25,198 bases of DNA from a virus. Lineage: Duplodnaviria > Caudoviricetes. The position numbers were made by a program, and so were the translations under genes. How positions within the stretch are numbered: the stretch's first letter is position 1; each line of letters starts with the position of its first letter. The notes beneath the pieces were generated by a model. The model saw nothing but the letters and a program-made list of their open reading frames with translations, was not told the origin of the DNA and made no database searches. Location of the stretch: positions 1-25,198 of IMG/VR virus record IMGVR_UViG_3300036783_000044; one strand, given 5' to 3'. This document shows, in pieces, positions 9,505-17,741 of this stretch.

Positions 9505-9560
9505 TTTACATTTAGAAATCGGTACTATACTGTATTTATAAACAGTGTATATACATACAG
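9505..9560 (+). promoter_or_regulatory. SOS-inducible promoter with tandem LexA boxes
   Basis: TTTACA (9505-9510), 17 bp spacer, TACTGT; LexA box CTGTATTTATAAACAG (9530-9545) and a one-mismatch box GTGTATATACATACAG (9545-9560). Confidence 0.85.
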
Positions 9561-9594
9561 TTATGTTGTGTAAGTGGTCGTAAAAGGAGGGAAA

Positions 9595-9783
9595 ATGCAG
9601 GATTATCTTTTGGAGTCATTGAAACTTCAGCGCATTGATTTTTTCTTAAAGCTGGTAGCGGCAAGCGATTGCAGCGACGAAGAAAAGCGGCTGGCTATCC
9701 AGTGGGTTTCTGAGCTGACTGACGAGCTGATGGCCAAAATACGCAACCATGAATATAGCCGTACAATGGACGCTACCAGTTAG
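9595..9783 (+). CDS. tum: Tum/TumA-like SOS antirepressor
   Basis: 62 aa MQDYLLESLKLQRIDFFLKLVAASDC...; SD AAGGAGG; first gene behind LexA boxes downstream of A, as in 186/Fels-2. Confidence 0.65.
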   Translation: MQDYLLESLKLQRIDFFLKLVAASDCSDEEKRLAIQWVSELTDELMAKIRNHEYSRTMDATS

Positions 9784-9792
9784 GGGGAATCT

Positions 9793-10026
9793 ATGCGCAT
9801 TGAAATAATGATCGATAAAGAGCAGAAGATAAGCCAGGCCACACTGGAAGCCCTTGAATCTGAGCTTTACCGAAATTTGCGCCCTCTCTATCCAAAAACG
9901 GCAATCCGCATACGTAAGGGAAGCGCTAACGGTCTGGAGCTGAGCGGTTTAAAACTGGACGAAGATAAAAAGCGGGTAATGGAAATTCTGCAGCAGGTCT
10001 GGGAAGACGACAGCTGGTTACACTGA
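9793..10026 (+). CDS. DinI-family protein (TumB/Orf97-like)
   Basis: MRIEIMIDK...ALESEL...YP...IRIRKGSANGLELSG...EILQQVWEDDSW, the DinI signature. Confidence 0.88.
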   Translation: MRIEIMIDKEQKISQATLEALESELYRNLRPLYPKTAIRIRKGSANGLELSGLKLDEDKKRVMEILQQVWEDDSWLH

Positions 10027-10096
10027 AACGTTACCCCCGAAAGAATTCATTCTGATGGGGGTAAGGTTGAACAACGAGTGAAACGAGGCGTTAGCT

Positions 10097-10354
10097 ATAG
10101 GAAAGAAAGATGACAACTACCAGATAATTTATTGCGGGGAACGTCTTGGAAGGTATCACCCGGGAGGGTGGGTATTCTTTCAGCGCCCTAAAGAATGTGG
10201 TGGCGGTTACTGGTTAGGGCGCACCTATGATGATCTTTTCTGGCTTGAACTCGAATTCCCGACTTCGCTGCACGATGGTCTGGTTTATCTCATTCGCCTT
10301 AAGGACGTTGAGGCCAGAAGTACCGAGTTTGATGATAATCTTTCGTTGTTCTGA
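10097..10354 (+). pseudogene. 85-codon phage hypothetical ORF with ATA in place of a start codon
   Basis: Open frame IGKKDDNYQIIYCGERLGRYHPGGWVFFQRPKECGGGYWLGRTYDDLFWLELEF...DDNLSLF* preceded by SD GAGG; in-frame TGA at 10079; no ATG in frame; absent from the ORF track. Confidence 0.6.
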
Positions 10355-10421
10355 CCGAAACGTGTGAGTGCATGACTATGCCGCATGAGATCGCATGATC
10401 GTTTAAGGATCATTTTGACGC

Positions 10422-10448
10422 AGGCCCGCCAGTTCTGGCGGGCTTTTG
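10422..10448 (+). terminator. Intrinsic terminator left of cos
   Basis: AGGCCCGCCAG-tt-CTGGCGGGCTT followed by TT. Confidence 0.7.
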
Positions 10449-10492
10449 CTTATGTCATGCACCTGCATGAAAACCACTCCATAAAGCGGGCA

Positions 10493-10511
10493 GGCGTGGC
10501 GGGGCTACGAG
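10493..10511 (+). other. cos site (19-nt cohesive end)
   Basis: GGCGTGGCGGGGCTACGAG within ATAAAGCGGGCA...CGCGCGC, resembling P2 GGCGAGGCGGGGAAAGCAC and 186 GGCGTGGCGGGGAAAGCAT; located between A and Q. Confidence 0.85.
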
Positions 10512-10561
10512 CGCGCGCTCAGATGAAAACGTGCGCTGCTAGACATAAGATAGGCATAGAC

Positions 10562-10590
10562 TTGAAAGCGCTCCTATACCTGGTTAAGTT
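10562..10590 (+). promoter_or_regulatory. Putative sigma70 promoter of the accessory cassette
   Basis: TTGAAA, 17 bp spacer, TAAGTT, about 65 bp upstream of ATG 10655. Confidence 0.55.
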
Positions 10591-10654
10591 ATTGGAATAC
10601 TCTCATTGATCTCCCGAAGACGACCTTGTGTTGCAATTTCAACAGGTAATTAAG

Positions 10655-11761
10655 ATGACAGGAAATGTCCCAGTAGTACTTAGTGAAGCAGAAATGAAGT
10701 CCATTTTGACACTAATCACGAGATTTCCATGGAACGTGGCAAAACCTGTTATTTCAGCTCTTGGGTTAGCTCGTGGTAAAGGTAGAGATGCAACTCATGA
10801 AAAAGTACTGGAAGAATTAACAGAACTAAAAGAAAAGAATTTAAAAAAATTCAATGACATCATTCAGTCTGTAAATAATTTAATATTCGGACAATTGGTT
10901 TACGGCGATAAAGCTTTTTTTAGTATGGCAGTTGATAATCAAATAATTCCATCGCTAACGAAAGCTATGAAATTAGAGTGGGATTTATCTACACAGCCTT
11001 CTGTCGCCTCGGATGTAATTCTTTCTGAGCAGGAAATTAATGCGTCTGGAAAGAATAAACTAAATTTGGTTCATTATTCTGAGAGCGGTAATCAGGCGTT
11101 AGCTCTTTTTAGTTCCGTTAGAGAACAAAAGATTAGAGAGAGGATTTCGCCTAAAAGTTTGCCGCAGTATAGTGGCTACGAAGAAATTATTGCCACAAAA
11201 AAAGAAAAGCACCAATGTTTTGATGTATGTATATTTGATAAAGCCAACTCTACTATTTCTATTTTGATAGATGCAGGTGCTAATACAATAGGCGAGAGCG
11301 TCTTGTTTGCAAAGAGTACTGTAGTAAGAGAACTTTATAATTTTTTAGGAGCAGAGTTTGCGTCAAAGGAAAGAGATTTCTTCCATTTGATTGATCCAAT
11401 CTTTAAACAAGATCAAAAACCATATTCGACTCTCAATTATAAAGTTTTTGAGCTTTCATTCCTTACTCCTGAAGGGACAACACATAAGGAAAGAAAAACG
11501 GACTCTACTAAAGATTTGAGACAAGATATCTTCAATCAAGAAGGTATTAAAGCTGTAGGTAATATCGGACTTTATAGAATAGGCATCAGGGTTGAACGAA
11601 CAAATCCTTTACTACAGTTAGCCGACAATGTAGAACTTACGATACCAGGAACGCTAAGACGGTACCTTGGTGGAAGTTCAGGCTCACCAGTGAATTTTGC
11701 TATACTTAGTAAATGTATCTCTCGTGATGATTTCGAAACACTTACGAAGCTGATACTATAG
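10655..11761 (+). CDS. Hypothetical protein, gene 1 of a putative three-gene anti-phage cassette
   Basis: 368 aa from ATG 10655 (SD AGGT; the ORF track extends to GTG 10628); AT-rich; no recognisable catalytic motif. Confidence 0.85.
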   Translation: MTGNVPVVLSEAEMKSILTLITRFPWNVAKPVISALGLARGKGRDATHEKVLEELTELKEKNLKKFNDIIQSVNNLIFGQLVYGDKAFFSMAVDNQIIPSLTKAMKLEWDLSTQPSVASDVILSEQEINASGKNKLNLVHYSESGNQALALFSSVREQKIRERISPKSLPQYSGYEEIIATKKEKHQCFDVCIFDKANSTISILIDAGANTIGESVLFAKSTVVRELYNFLGAEFASKERDFFHLIDPIFKQDQKPYSTLNYKVFELSFLTPEGTTHKERKTDSTKDLRQDIFNQEGIKAVGNIGLYRIGIRVERTNPLLQLADNVELTIPGTLRRYLGGSSGSPVNFAILSKCISRDDFETLTKLIL

Positions 11762-11773
11762 CTGGAGACTAAT

Positions 11774-12202
11774 ATGAAGGATGTTAACTTGGCAAAGACC
11801 ATACAAGACATATGCTCCGAACGCCCAGAAGTGGGTGTTTTGGCGTGCATGTTTCATGAGAAACTTGCTCAGTTAGCATCCCGTTCCCCTAATATATTTA
11901 TTAGTTATAACCTTTTATTTGATATAGCGCTTTCGAATAAGGGTGAGGCTGATGTGGATGAGCATGATATTTACTTAGCTATCCAAGTTTTGTGTAATCC
12001 AAAAGTTAATTTTCTGAAGTTAAACTATCAATTTATAGACGATGGCTTCGCACCAGTTAATATAAGTATTGCTGATGTTATTGATGCGGAAGATAATCAA
12101 GGTTTAGAACATCCGTATACTGGTGAGATAGTGCCAGACTACAAAAAGTATGTATTTCCTTTCTTTACAGTTATTAGTTTCACAAGAGAAGGGGCGTGCT
12201 AA
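11774..12202 (+). CDS. Hypothetical acidic protein, gene 2 of the cassette
   Basis: 142 aa; SD GGAG; stop overlaps the next start (TAATG). Confidence 0.85.
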   Translation: MKDVNLAKTIQDICSERPEVGVLACMFHEKLAQLASRSPNIFISYNLLFDIALSNKGEADVDEHDIYLAIQVLCNPKVNFLKLNYQFIDDGFAPVNISIADVIDAEDNQGLEHPYTGEIVPDYKKYVFPFFTVISFTREGAC

Positions 12203-12849
12203 TGCTTACAAGTCTGGATGATTTGGAGAAAAACTTTCATTTGCAGAAGGTTCATTTTGCGATTGAAAGGATTCAATTTGCGTTGGAATCCTATTCTAAT
12301 TTCAACAGTCTTGTTCGAAAGGAACTGGATTATGCTATAAGTAAATTAGAGCAGAATGGCAATAAAATTACATTTGATCTCTCTGAAGATCAGTTAACTC
12401 TATATTTGCTTTCGTATGTTGAAAATAGATATCTGGGTCTTGAAGCCAGTCACGAGAAGAATCAGAGAGGGCATTGTGATATATCTATCACACTTGCTGA
12501 TTATATCTGGCATGGAGAAGCCAAAAAACATTCTTCATATACATATCTTTTTAAAGGTTATGCGCAACTTACCGAGCGGTATAGTACTGGGACCATTAAC
12601 AGTTCTTCGGGCGGTCTGATTATTTATACAAAAAATGTTTCCTGTTCTGATATGATGGATTCATGGAAAACATTTTTATCAAAGAATGCTCCCAGAATTC
12701 ATGCTTGTAAATCTGTCAATATTATTGATTGCCAAAAGAATCCATTGGTTTTTTATAGTCAGCATCTTCATACTGTAAGTAAACTTGATTATCAAGTCGT
12801 GCATTACCCAGTATCACTACATCATAAACCTATAGATCCGGATCTATAG
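12202..12849 (+). CDS. Putative PD-(D/E)xK restriction-endonuclease-fold nuclease, gene 3 of the cassette
   Basis: 215 aa; SEDQLT...GHCDISI...WHGEAKKH...GYAQL..RY...GGLIIY matches an E...D...ExK...Q nuclease pattern. Confidence 0.75.
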   Translation: MLTSLDDLEKNFHLQKVHFAIERIQFALESYSNFNSLVRKELDYAISKLEQNGNKITFDLSEDQLTLYLLSYVENRYLGLEASHEKNQRGHCDISITLADYIWHGEAKKHSSYTYLFKGYAQLTERYSTGTINSSSGGLIIYTKNVSCSDMMDSWKTFLSKNAPRIHACKSVNIIDCQKNPLVFYSQHLHTVSKLDYQVVHYPVSLHHKPIDPDL

Positions 12850-12880
12850 GCTAATTTTTCTGGCTAGTCTGCTTTGAATG

Positions 12881-13918
12881 TCATTGCTCAACTGAGAGCT
12901 GATACGCCTCAAAGTTTATTACTTTTTCCCCAATCCATTCGTTCAGTTCGCACATACGTTTCTGCAATGGCTGCAATTCATTACGTACAAAAACACGCGC
13001 GGCTTTTTCCACATCTCCAAACCCCCCAACATTACTCGGCATGATCCCCATCATCTGTGGCGGAACGCGGTGTGCTGCCATCATGTCGTCCCGGCTCACG
13101 TTCTTGATATTAAGAAACTCATCCTTTGCCGCCACCTCTGAAAGCGGGATGATCTGAATCCCATCCTTTTTCCCGTTCGGAGAATACATAAACAGGTTGC
13201 GGAAGTTGCCCGGACCTTTGGCACTTTTCATGGCCTGGCGGATATTGTTCACGTCCTCTTGGTTCTGTGCGGCGTCGGTCATATACATGATGAAGCCTGC
13301 GTGGCTGCCGTTGATGTAATACTTCCGGCGGAACAGAGTCGCGGACTCATTCAGCAGGGCGGAAGGGATGGCGGACAGGTATTCGGGCAAGCCGTAAATT
13401 TCTTGATTCAGGTCCGGCTCCATCAAGTGGAAGATGCTGCCTTTGGTGAACTCATAGGGCTGCGTGGTCATGCCGTATTGCACAAACCAGTAGGTATCGA
13501 GATCGATCCCGCGGCGGGTGTATTTCGCCAGTGATGGTTCCAGCGACAGAATGCCGCCGAGCCGGTTCGTCCGTTTCTCCAGATAGGCGTTACCAAACAC
13601 CAGATAATCTTGTACGAAGCGGCTGAATGCCTGCTGGCTCAGCAGCGGGTGTGGGATAAACGTGCTGGTCAGAATGTTGCGCTTAACGGCAATCGGGGAG
13701 CTGTGATGAACCGCCGCACGATAGGTTCGTGCCAGTCCGTCAAAACTTACTGGCGGCTCATACCAGCGATCCATCTGTACGCATTCTACGTAATCCAGCA
13801 ACTCGCGGCGGTCCAGTACCGGGATCGGATCGCCAAAGCTGAAGATTTCTGCTTTAGTTGCGCCACTGTGCTGAACATTATGCGCAGCTGCAGCGCAGTT
13901 TTTATTCCTCTTACCCAT
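12881..13918 (-). CDS. Q: Portal protein
   Basis: FSFGDPIPVLDRRELLDY, YGLPEYL, AHRVPPQMMG; TGATG coupling to P. Confidence 0.96.
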   Translation of the reverse strand: MGKRNKNCAAAAHNVQHSGATKAEIFSFGDPIPVLDRRELLDYVECVQMDRWYEPPVSFDGLARTYRAAVHHSSPIAVKRNILTSTFIPHPLLSQQAFSRFVQDYLVFGNAYLEKRTNRLGGILSLEPSLAKYTRRGIDLDTYWFVQYGMTTQPYEFTKGSIFHLMEPDLNQEIYGLPEYLSAIPSALLNESATLFRRKYYINGSHAGFIMYMTDAAQNQEDVNNIRQAMKSAKGPGNFRNLFMYSPNGKKDGIQIIPLSEVAAKDEFLNIKNVSRDDMMAAHRVPPQMMGIMPSNVGGFGDVEKAARVFVRNELQPLQKRMCELNEWIGEKVINFEAYQLSVEQ

Positions 13919-15684
13919 CAAAAAATCTCCACAATGTTGCTGGTATTGGCGTCTTCGCCCTGCAGCGGTTCGTTAAACAGCGCGTGCATCGTTGCCCAGG
14001 CCAGGTCTGCATGGCTGGCTTCTTCGCTGCGGCTGGCTTCGTAGGTCGGACGGTTGCCGCTAGCGGTGGTGGCGCGGCGGATAGCCATAAAAGACTGAGC
14101 GATATCGGTGTGTCCGGCGTCAAATTCCAGACGGCGGTGGCTGATAATGTCGTAGGCCTTGAGCACCAAGGCGTTTTTGACGTTGGGGTTGTAGACGAAC
14201 TCGCGCACGGCAGGGAAGAACGCCTTCACGTTCTCATACACGCCGTGGCCGACGCCGGTGGAGTCGATGCCGATATAGGTCACGTTGTACTGCTGCGTCA
14301 GTTTTTTGATGGCGTCCGCCTGGGCACGGAAGTCCATCCCGCGCCACTGGTGACGCTCCAGAATGCGGAATTTTCCGCCCGGCACGGCAGGCGGAGCCAT
14401 GACCACGCAGCCCGCGCTGTCGCCATTCTGCGTGCCTTTGGCCGGGTCATAGCCGATCCAAACTTCGCGCCAGCCAAACGGGCGCAGCGCCAGCGCCTGA
14501 AAGTCGGACCAGACTTCCCAGCTATCCACCATGCACGCTTGTAGCTCGCTCAGCGGGAATACTGACGCCAGATCGTCAATGAATTCGCACATCAGCAGAT
14601 TCTGGTATTCGTCCGGGCTGTACTCCATGCGCAGCTGGTTCAGGTCGAAAAGGTTACAGCCGCCGCGCACCGCATCCTCCACGGTGACGATCTGGCGGTA
14701 CTGGCCGTCCGGGCAAAGCAGGCCAGGGGCCAGATTGCCGTGGGTCAGGTCAATATCCACCTTGTCAGCTTTGACGCGGCCCCGGTTGAACAGTGCGCCG
14801 GACCAGAATGGATAGGCGCTGTGGGTCAGGCTGGACGGGGTTGAAAAGTAGGTCTGCCGCCATTTTTTATGGATGGCCATACCGGAAGCCACCTTACGCA
14901 GCTCCTGGAATTTCGGTATCCAGAAATATTCATCCAGGTACAGGTTACCGTGGTAGCTCTGCGCCGTGCGGGCGTTGGTGCCCAGAAAATACATGCACGC
15001 GCCGTTGTTTAGCGTCATCGGATCGCCTTTCAGCTCTACATCCACCTCTTTTGCAAAGTCGATGATGTACTGCTTGAAGACGTGCGCCTGTGCCTTGCTG
15101 GCTGAGAGAAAAATCTGGTTGCGGCCGGTGGTGATGGCATCAATCAGTGCCTCCCGGGCAAAAAAGAAGGTCGCCCCGATCTGGCGCGATTTGAGCAGGT
15201 TGCGGATACGGTGGCGATTGCCTGCTTCGTACCAGTGGCGCTGGTATGCGAACATCGAGGCGTGGAAAACCTCCTGCAGCTTTTCGATCTGTTCGTCGGT
15301 GAAAACATTCTTTTCGGGCTGGCGGCGCGGGCCTTTGTTGCGGTTGGCAACCTTCGGATTTAAATCAGCCTCGTTCCCGCCATCGTTAAATTTACCGATC
15401 CGGGCGTGACGCTCTGACTGTCGCGCCAGCAGGTCAATTTCCTTGAAGTCTTTCCCTTCTTTCTGCTCCTTCATAATAAGCTGGCAGTAGCGCGCGGCGG
15501 TGGTGAGCTGCATCTGATCCAGCGGCCCATACTCGCCCCACTTGTCGCGCTTTTTCCAGCTGTGAACGGTTGCAACTTTCTCGCCCAGCATTTCAGCAAT
15601 GCGGGCTACGCGGTATCCCTGAAAGTACAGCAGCATGGCCTGCCGACGGGGATCGAGGTCTGCGGGGGTTATTGTCGTGTTCAT
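13918..15684 (-). CDS. P: Terminase ATPase subunit
   Basis: MNTTITPADLDPRRQAMLLY, LKSRQIGAT, LYLDEYFW, IGYDPA. Confidence 0.96.
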   Translation of the reverse strand: MNTTITPADLDPRRQAMLLYFQGYRVARIAEMLGEKVATVHSWKKRDKWGEYGPLDQMQLTTAARYCQLIMKEQKEGKDFKEIDLLARQSERHARIGKFNDGGNEADLNPKVANRNKGPRRQPEKNVFTDEQIEKLQEVFHASMFAYQRHWYEAGNRHRIRNLLKSRQIGATFFFAREALIDAITTGRNQIFLSASKAQAHVFKQYIIDFAKEVDVELKGDPMTLNNGACMYFLGTNARTAQSYHGNLYLDEYFWIPKFQELRKVASGMAIHKKWRQTYFSTPSSLTHSAYPFWSGALFNRGRVKADKVDIDLTHGNLAPGLLCPDGQYRQIVTVEDAVRGGCNLFDLNQLRMEYSPDEYQNLLMCEFIDDLASVFPLSELQACMVDSWEVWSDFQALALRPFGWREVWIGYDPAKGTQNGDSAGCVVMAPPAVPGGKFRILERHQWRGMDFRAQADAIKKLTQQYNVTYIGIDSTGVGHGVYENVKAFFPAVREFVYNPNVKNALVLKAYDIISHRRLEFDAGHTDIAQSFMAIRRATTASGNRPTYEASRSEEASHADLAWATMHALFNEPLQGEDANTSNIVEIF

Positions 15685-15730
15685 GGCCCAAACATACGGC
15701 CTTGCCCGGCGGCTTTCCCCGGCTGCGGTT

Positions 15731-15748
15731 TGTGTGGCGGACCGTACA
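15731..15748. promoter_or_regulatory. Ogr/B late-activator binding site between divergent P and O promoters
   Basis: TGT-N12-ACA dyad (TTGTGTGGCGGACCGTACAA) in the P-O intergenic region. Confidence 0.75.
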
Positions 15749-15826
15749 AGCGCCGCGCGTTGTTTCACTCCCCCCATCACCGCAAACATAAGGCTCCAGT
15801 AAGTTTTTTCTAACGGAGCACGGCTC

Positions 15827-16660
15827 ATGACAGTGAAAGCAAAGCGTTTCCGTATCGGGGTGGAAGGCGCCACCACCGACGGGCGCGAAATCCAGCGTGA
15901 ATGGCTGGTACAAATGGCTGCCAGCTACAACCCTGCGGTGTATACGGCGCAAATTAACCTTGAGCACATTAAAGGCTATTCGCCGGATGGCACGTTTAAA
16001 CGTTATGGGCATGTCACCGGCTTAACCGCCGAAGAAATCACGGAAGGGCCATTAAAAGGAAAAATGGCGCTTTACGCCGAAATTAACCCGTCGCCTGATC
16101 TGATTAGTCTGATTAAGCAATGGCAAAAGCAATTCACCTCTATGGAAGTCAGCCCGAAATTTGCCGACACCGGCAAGGCCTACCTCGTCGGCCTGGCTGC
16201 CACTGACGATCCGGCGAGCCTGGGCACCGAGATGCTGGCTTTCAGTGCCACCGCTAAACAGAATCCGCTGGCTAACCGCAAGCTAAGCCCTGAAAACCTG
16301 TTTACCGCCGCCGAAGAAACGCTAATCGAACTGGAAGAAACCCAGGACGAAAAGCCGTCCCTCTTTGCCCGCGTTTCCGCGCTGTTTACCAAAAAAGAGC
16401 AGACCGACGATGCGCGTTTTTCAGATGTGCACAAAGCCGTCGAGCTGGTTGTCACCGAACAGCAGAACCTGAGCGAGCGCACTGATAAATCCCTGTCCGA
16501 TCAGGACGCGCGCATTTCTGAGCTTGAATCCTCATTGCAGGAGCAGCAGGCCGCCTTTGCCGAGCTTCAGCAGCAGCTGAGCCGTGAAGACAGCCGTAGA
16601 GATTACCGCCAGCGCGCGCCGGGCGGTGACGCACCGGCTGGCACCCTGACCAATTGCTGA
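15827..16660 (+). CDS. O: Capsid scaffolding protein/protease
   Basis: FRIGVEGATTDGREI, YLVGLAATDDPASLGTE. Confidence 0.95.
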   Translation: MTVKAKRFRIGVEGATTDGREIQREWLVQMAASYNPAVYTAQINLEHIKGYSPDGTFKRYGHVTGLTAEEITEGPLKGKMALYAEINPSPDLISLIKQWQKQFTSMEVSPKFADTGKAYLVGLAATDDPASLGTEMLAFSATAKQNPLANRKLSPENLFTAAEETLIELEETQDEKPSLFARVSALFTKKEQTDDARFSDVHKAVELVVTEQQNLSERTDKSLSDQDARISELESSLQEQQAAFAELQQQLSREDSRRDYRQRAPGGDAPAGTLTNC

Positions 16661-16676
16661 TGGAGCATAAAAACCG

Positions 16677-17738
16677 ATGAAAAAGAATACCCGCTATGCC
16701 TTTAACGCCTACCTGCAGCAGCTGGCGCGCCTGAACAACGTGGAAGTAGAAGAACTTTCCAGCAAGTTCACCGTGGACCCGTCCGTGCAGCAGACGCTGG
16801 AAGACCAGATCCAGCAGTCCGCCGCTTTTCTCACTCTGATTAACATCACGCCGGTTGCGGAACAGTCCGGTCAGCTGCTTGGCCTGGGCGTTGGCTCCAC
16901 CATTGCCGGAACCACCGACACCACCACCAAAGAGCGCGAACCTACCGATCCGATGCTGATGGAGGACGTGGAATATAAATGCGAACAGACCAACTTTGAC
17001 ACGGTACTGACCTACGCAAAGCTGGACCTGTGGGCGAAATTCCAAGACTTCCAGGTGCGTATCCGTAACGCCATCGTCAAGCGCCAGGCGCTGGACCGCA
17101 TCATGATCGGCTTCAACGGCGTGAAGCGCGCCAAAACCTCCAACCGCGCAGAAAACCCGCTGCTGCAGGACGTCAATAAGGGCTGGCTGCAGAAAATCCG
17201 TGAAGACGCGCCGGACCACGTTATGGGCAGTACCACCCAGGACGGCACCACCACTGCAGGCGCGGTGAAAGTGGGCAAGGGCGGCGACTATGCCAACCTG
17301 GACGCCGTGGTGATGGATGCGGTCAACGAGCTGATCGACGTGGTTTATCAGGACGATGACGAGCTGGTTGTTATCTGCGGCCGCGAGCTGCTGTCTGACA
17401 AGTATTTCCCGCTGGTTAACAAAGAGCAGGAAAACAGCGAGAAAATCGCTGCCGATCTGATTATCAGCCAGAAACGCATGGGTGGGCTGCAGGCGGTGCG
17501 TGCGCCGTTCTTCCCAGCGAATGCCCTACTGATCACCCGTCTGGATAACTTGTCCATTTACTGGCAGGAGGACACCCGCCGCCGTTCTGTTATCGACAAC
17601 CCAAAACGTGACCGAATTGAGAACTTCGAATCCGTCAACGAAGCGTATGTGATTGAAGACTACCGCTGCGCGGCCCTGGTCGAAAACATCACTATCGGTG
17701 ACTTCACCGCGCCAGCTGCGCCGGAAGGTGGGGAGTAA
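16677..17738 (+). CDS. N: Major capsid protein, P2 family
   Basis: KFTVDPSVQQTLE, QALDRIMIGFNG, NPLLQDVNKGWLQK. Confidence 0.96.
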   Translation: MKKNTRYAFNAYLQQLARLNNVEVEELSSKFTVDPSVQQTLEDQIQQSAAFLTLINITPVAEQSGQLLGLGVGSTIAGTTDTTTKEREPTDPMLMEDVEYKCEQTNFDTVLTYAKLDLWAKFQDFQVRIRNAIVKRQALDRIMIGFNGVKRAKTSNRAENPLLQDVNKGWLQKIREDAPDHVMGSTTQDGTTTAGAVKVGKGGDYANLDAVVMDAVNELIDVVYQDDDELVVICGRELLSDKYFPLVNKEQENSEKIAADLIISQKRMGGLQAVRAPFFPANALLITRLDNLSIYWQEDTRRRSVIDNPKRDRIENFESVNEAYVIEDYRCAALVENITIGDFTAPAAPEGGE

Positions 17739-17741
17739 CGC

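Noticed and set aside
10090-10096. Integron attC-like core GTTAGCT
   Set aside because: No matching RYYYAAC inverse core at a suitable position and no integron integrase; a 7-mer match is expected by chance.
10385-10609. 74-aa ORF
   Set aside because: It runs across the terminator, cos and cassette promoter, and is better explained as cis-acting DNA.
15685-15876. N-terminal extension of terminase P given in the ORF track
   Set aside because: It overlaps the divergent late promoters and the start of O; the conserved start is ATG 15684. The extended starts for cII, A, L, X and R were trimmed for similar reasons.
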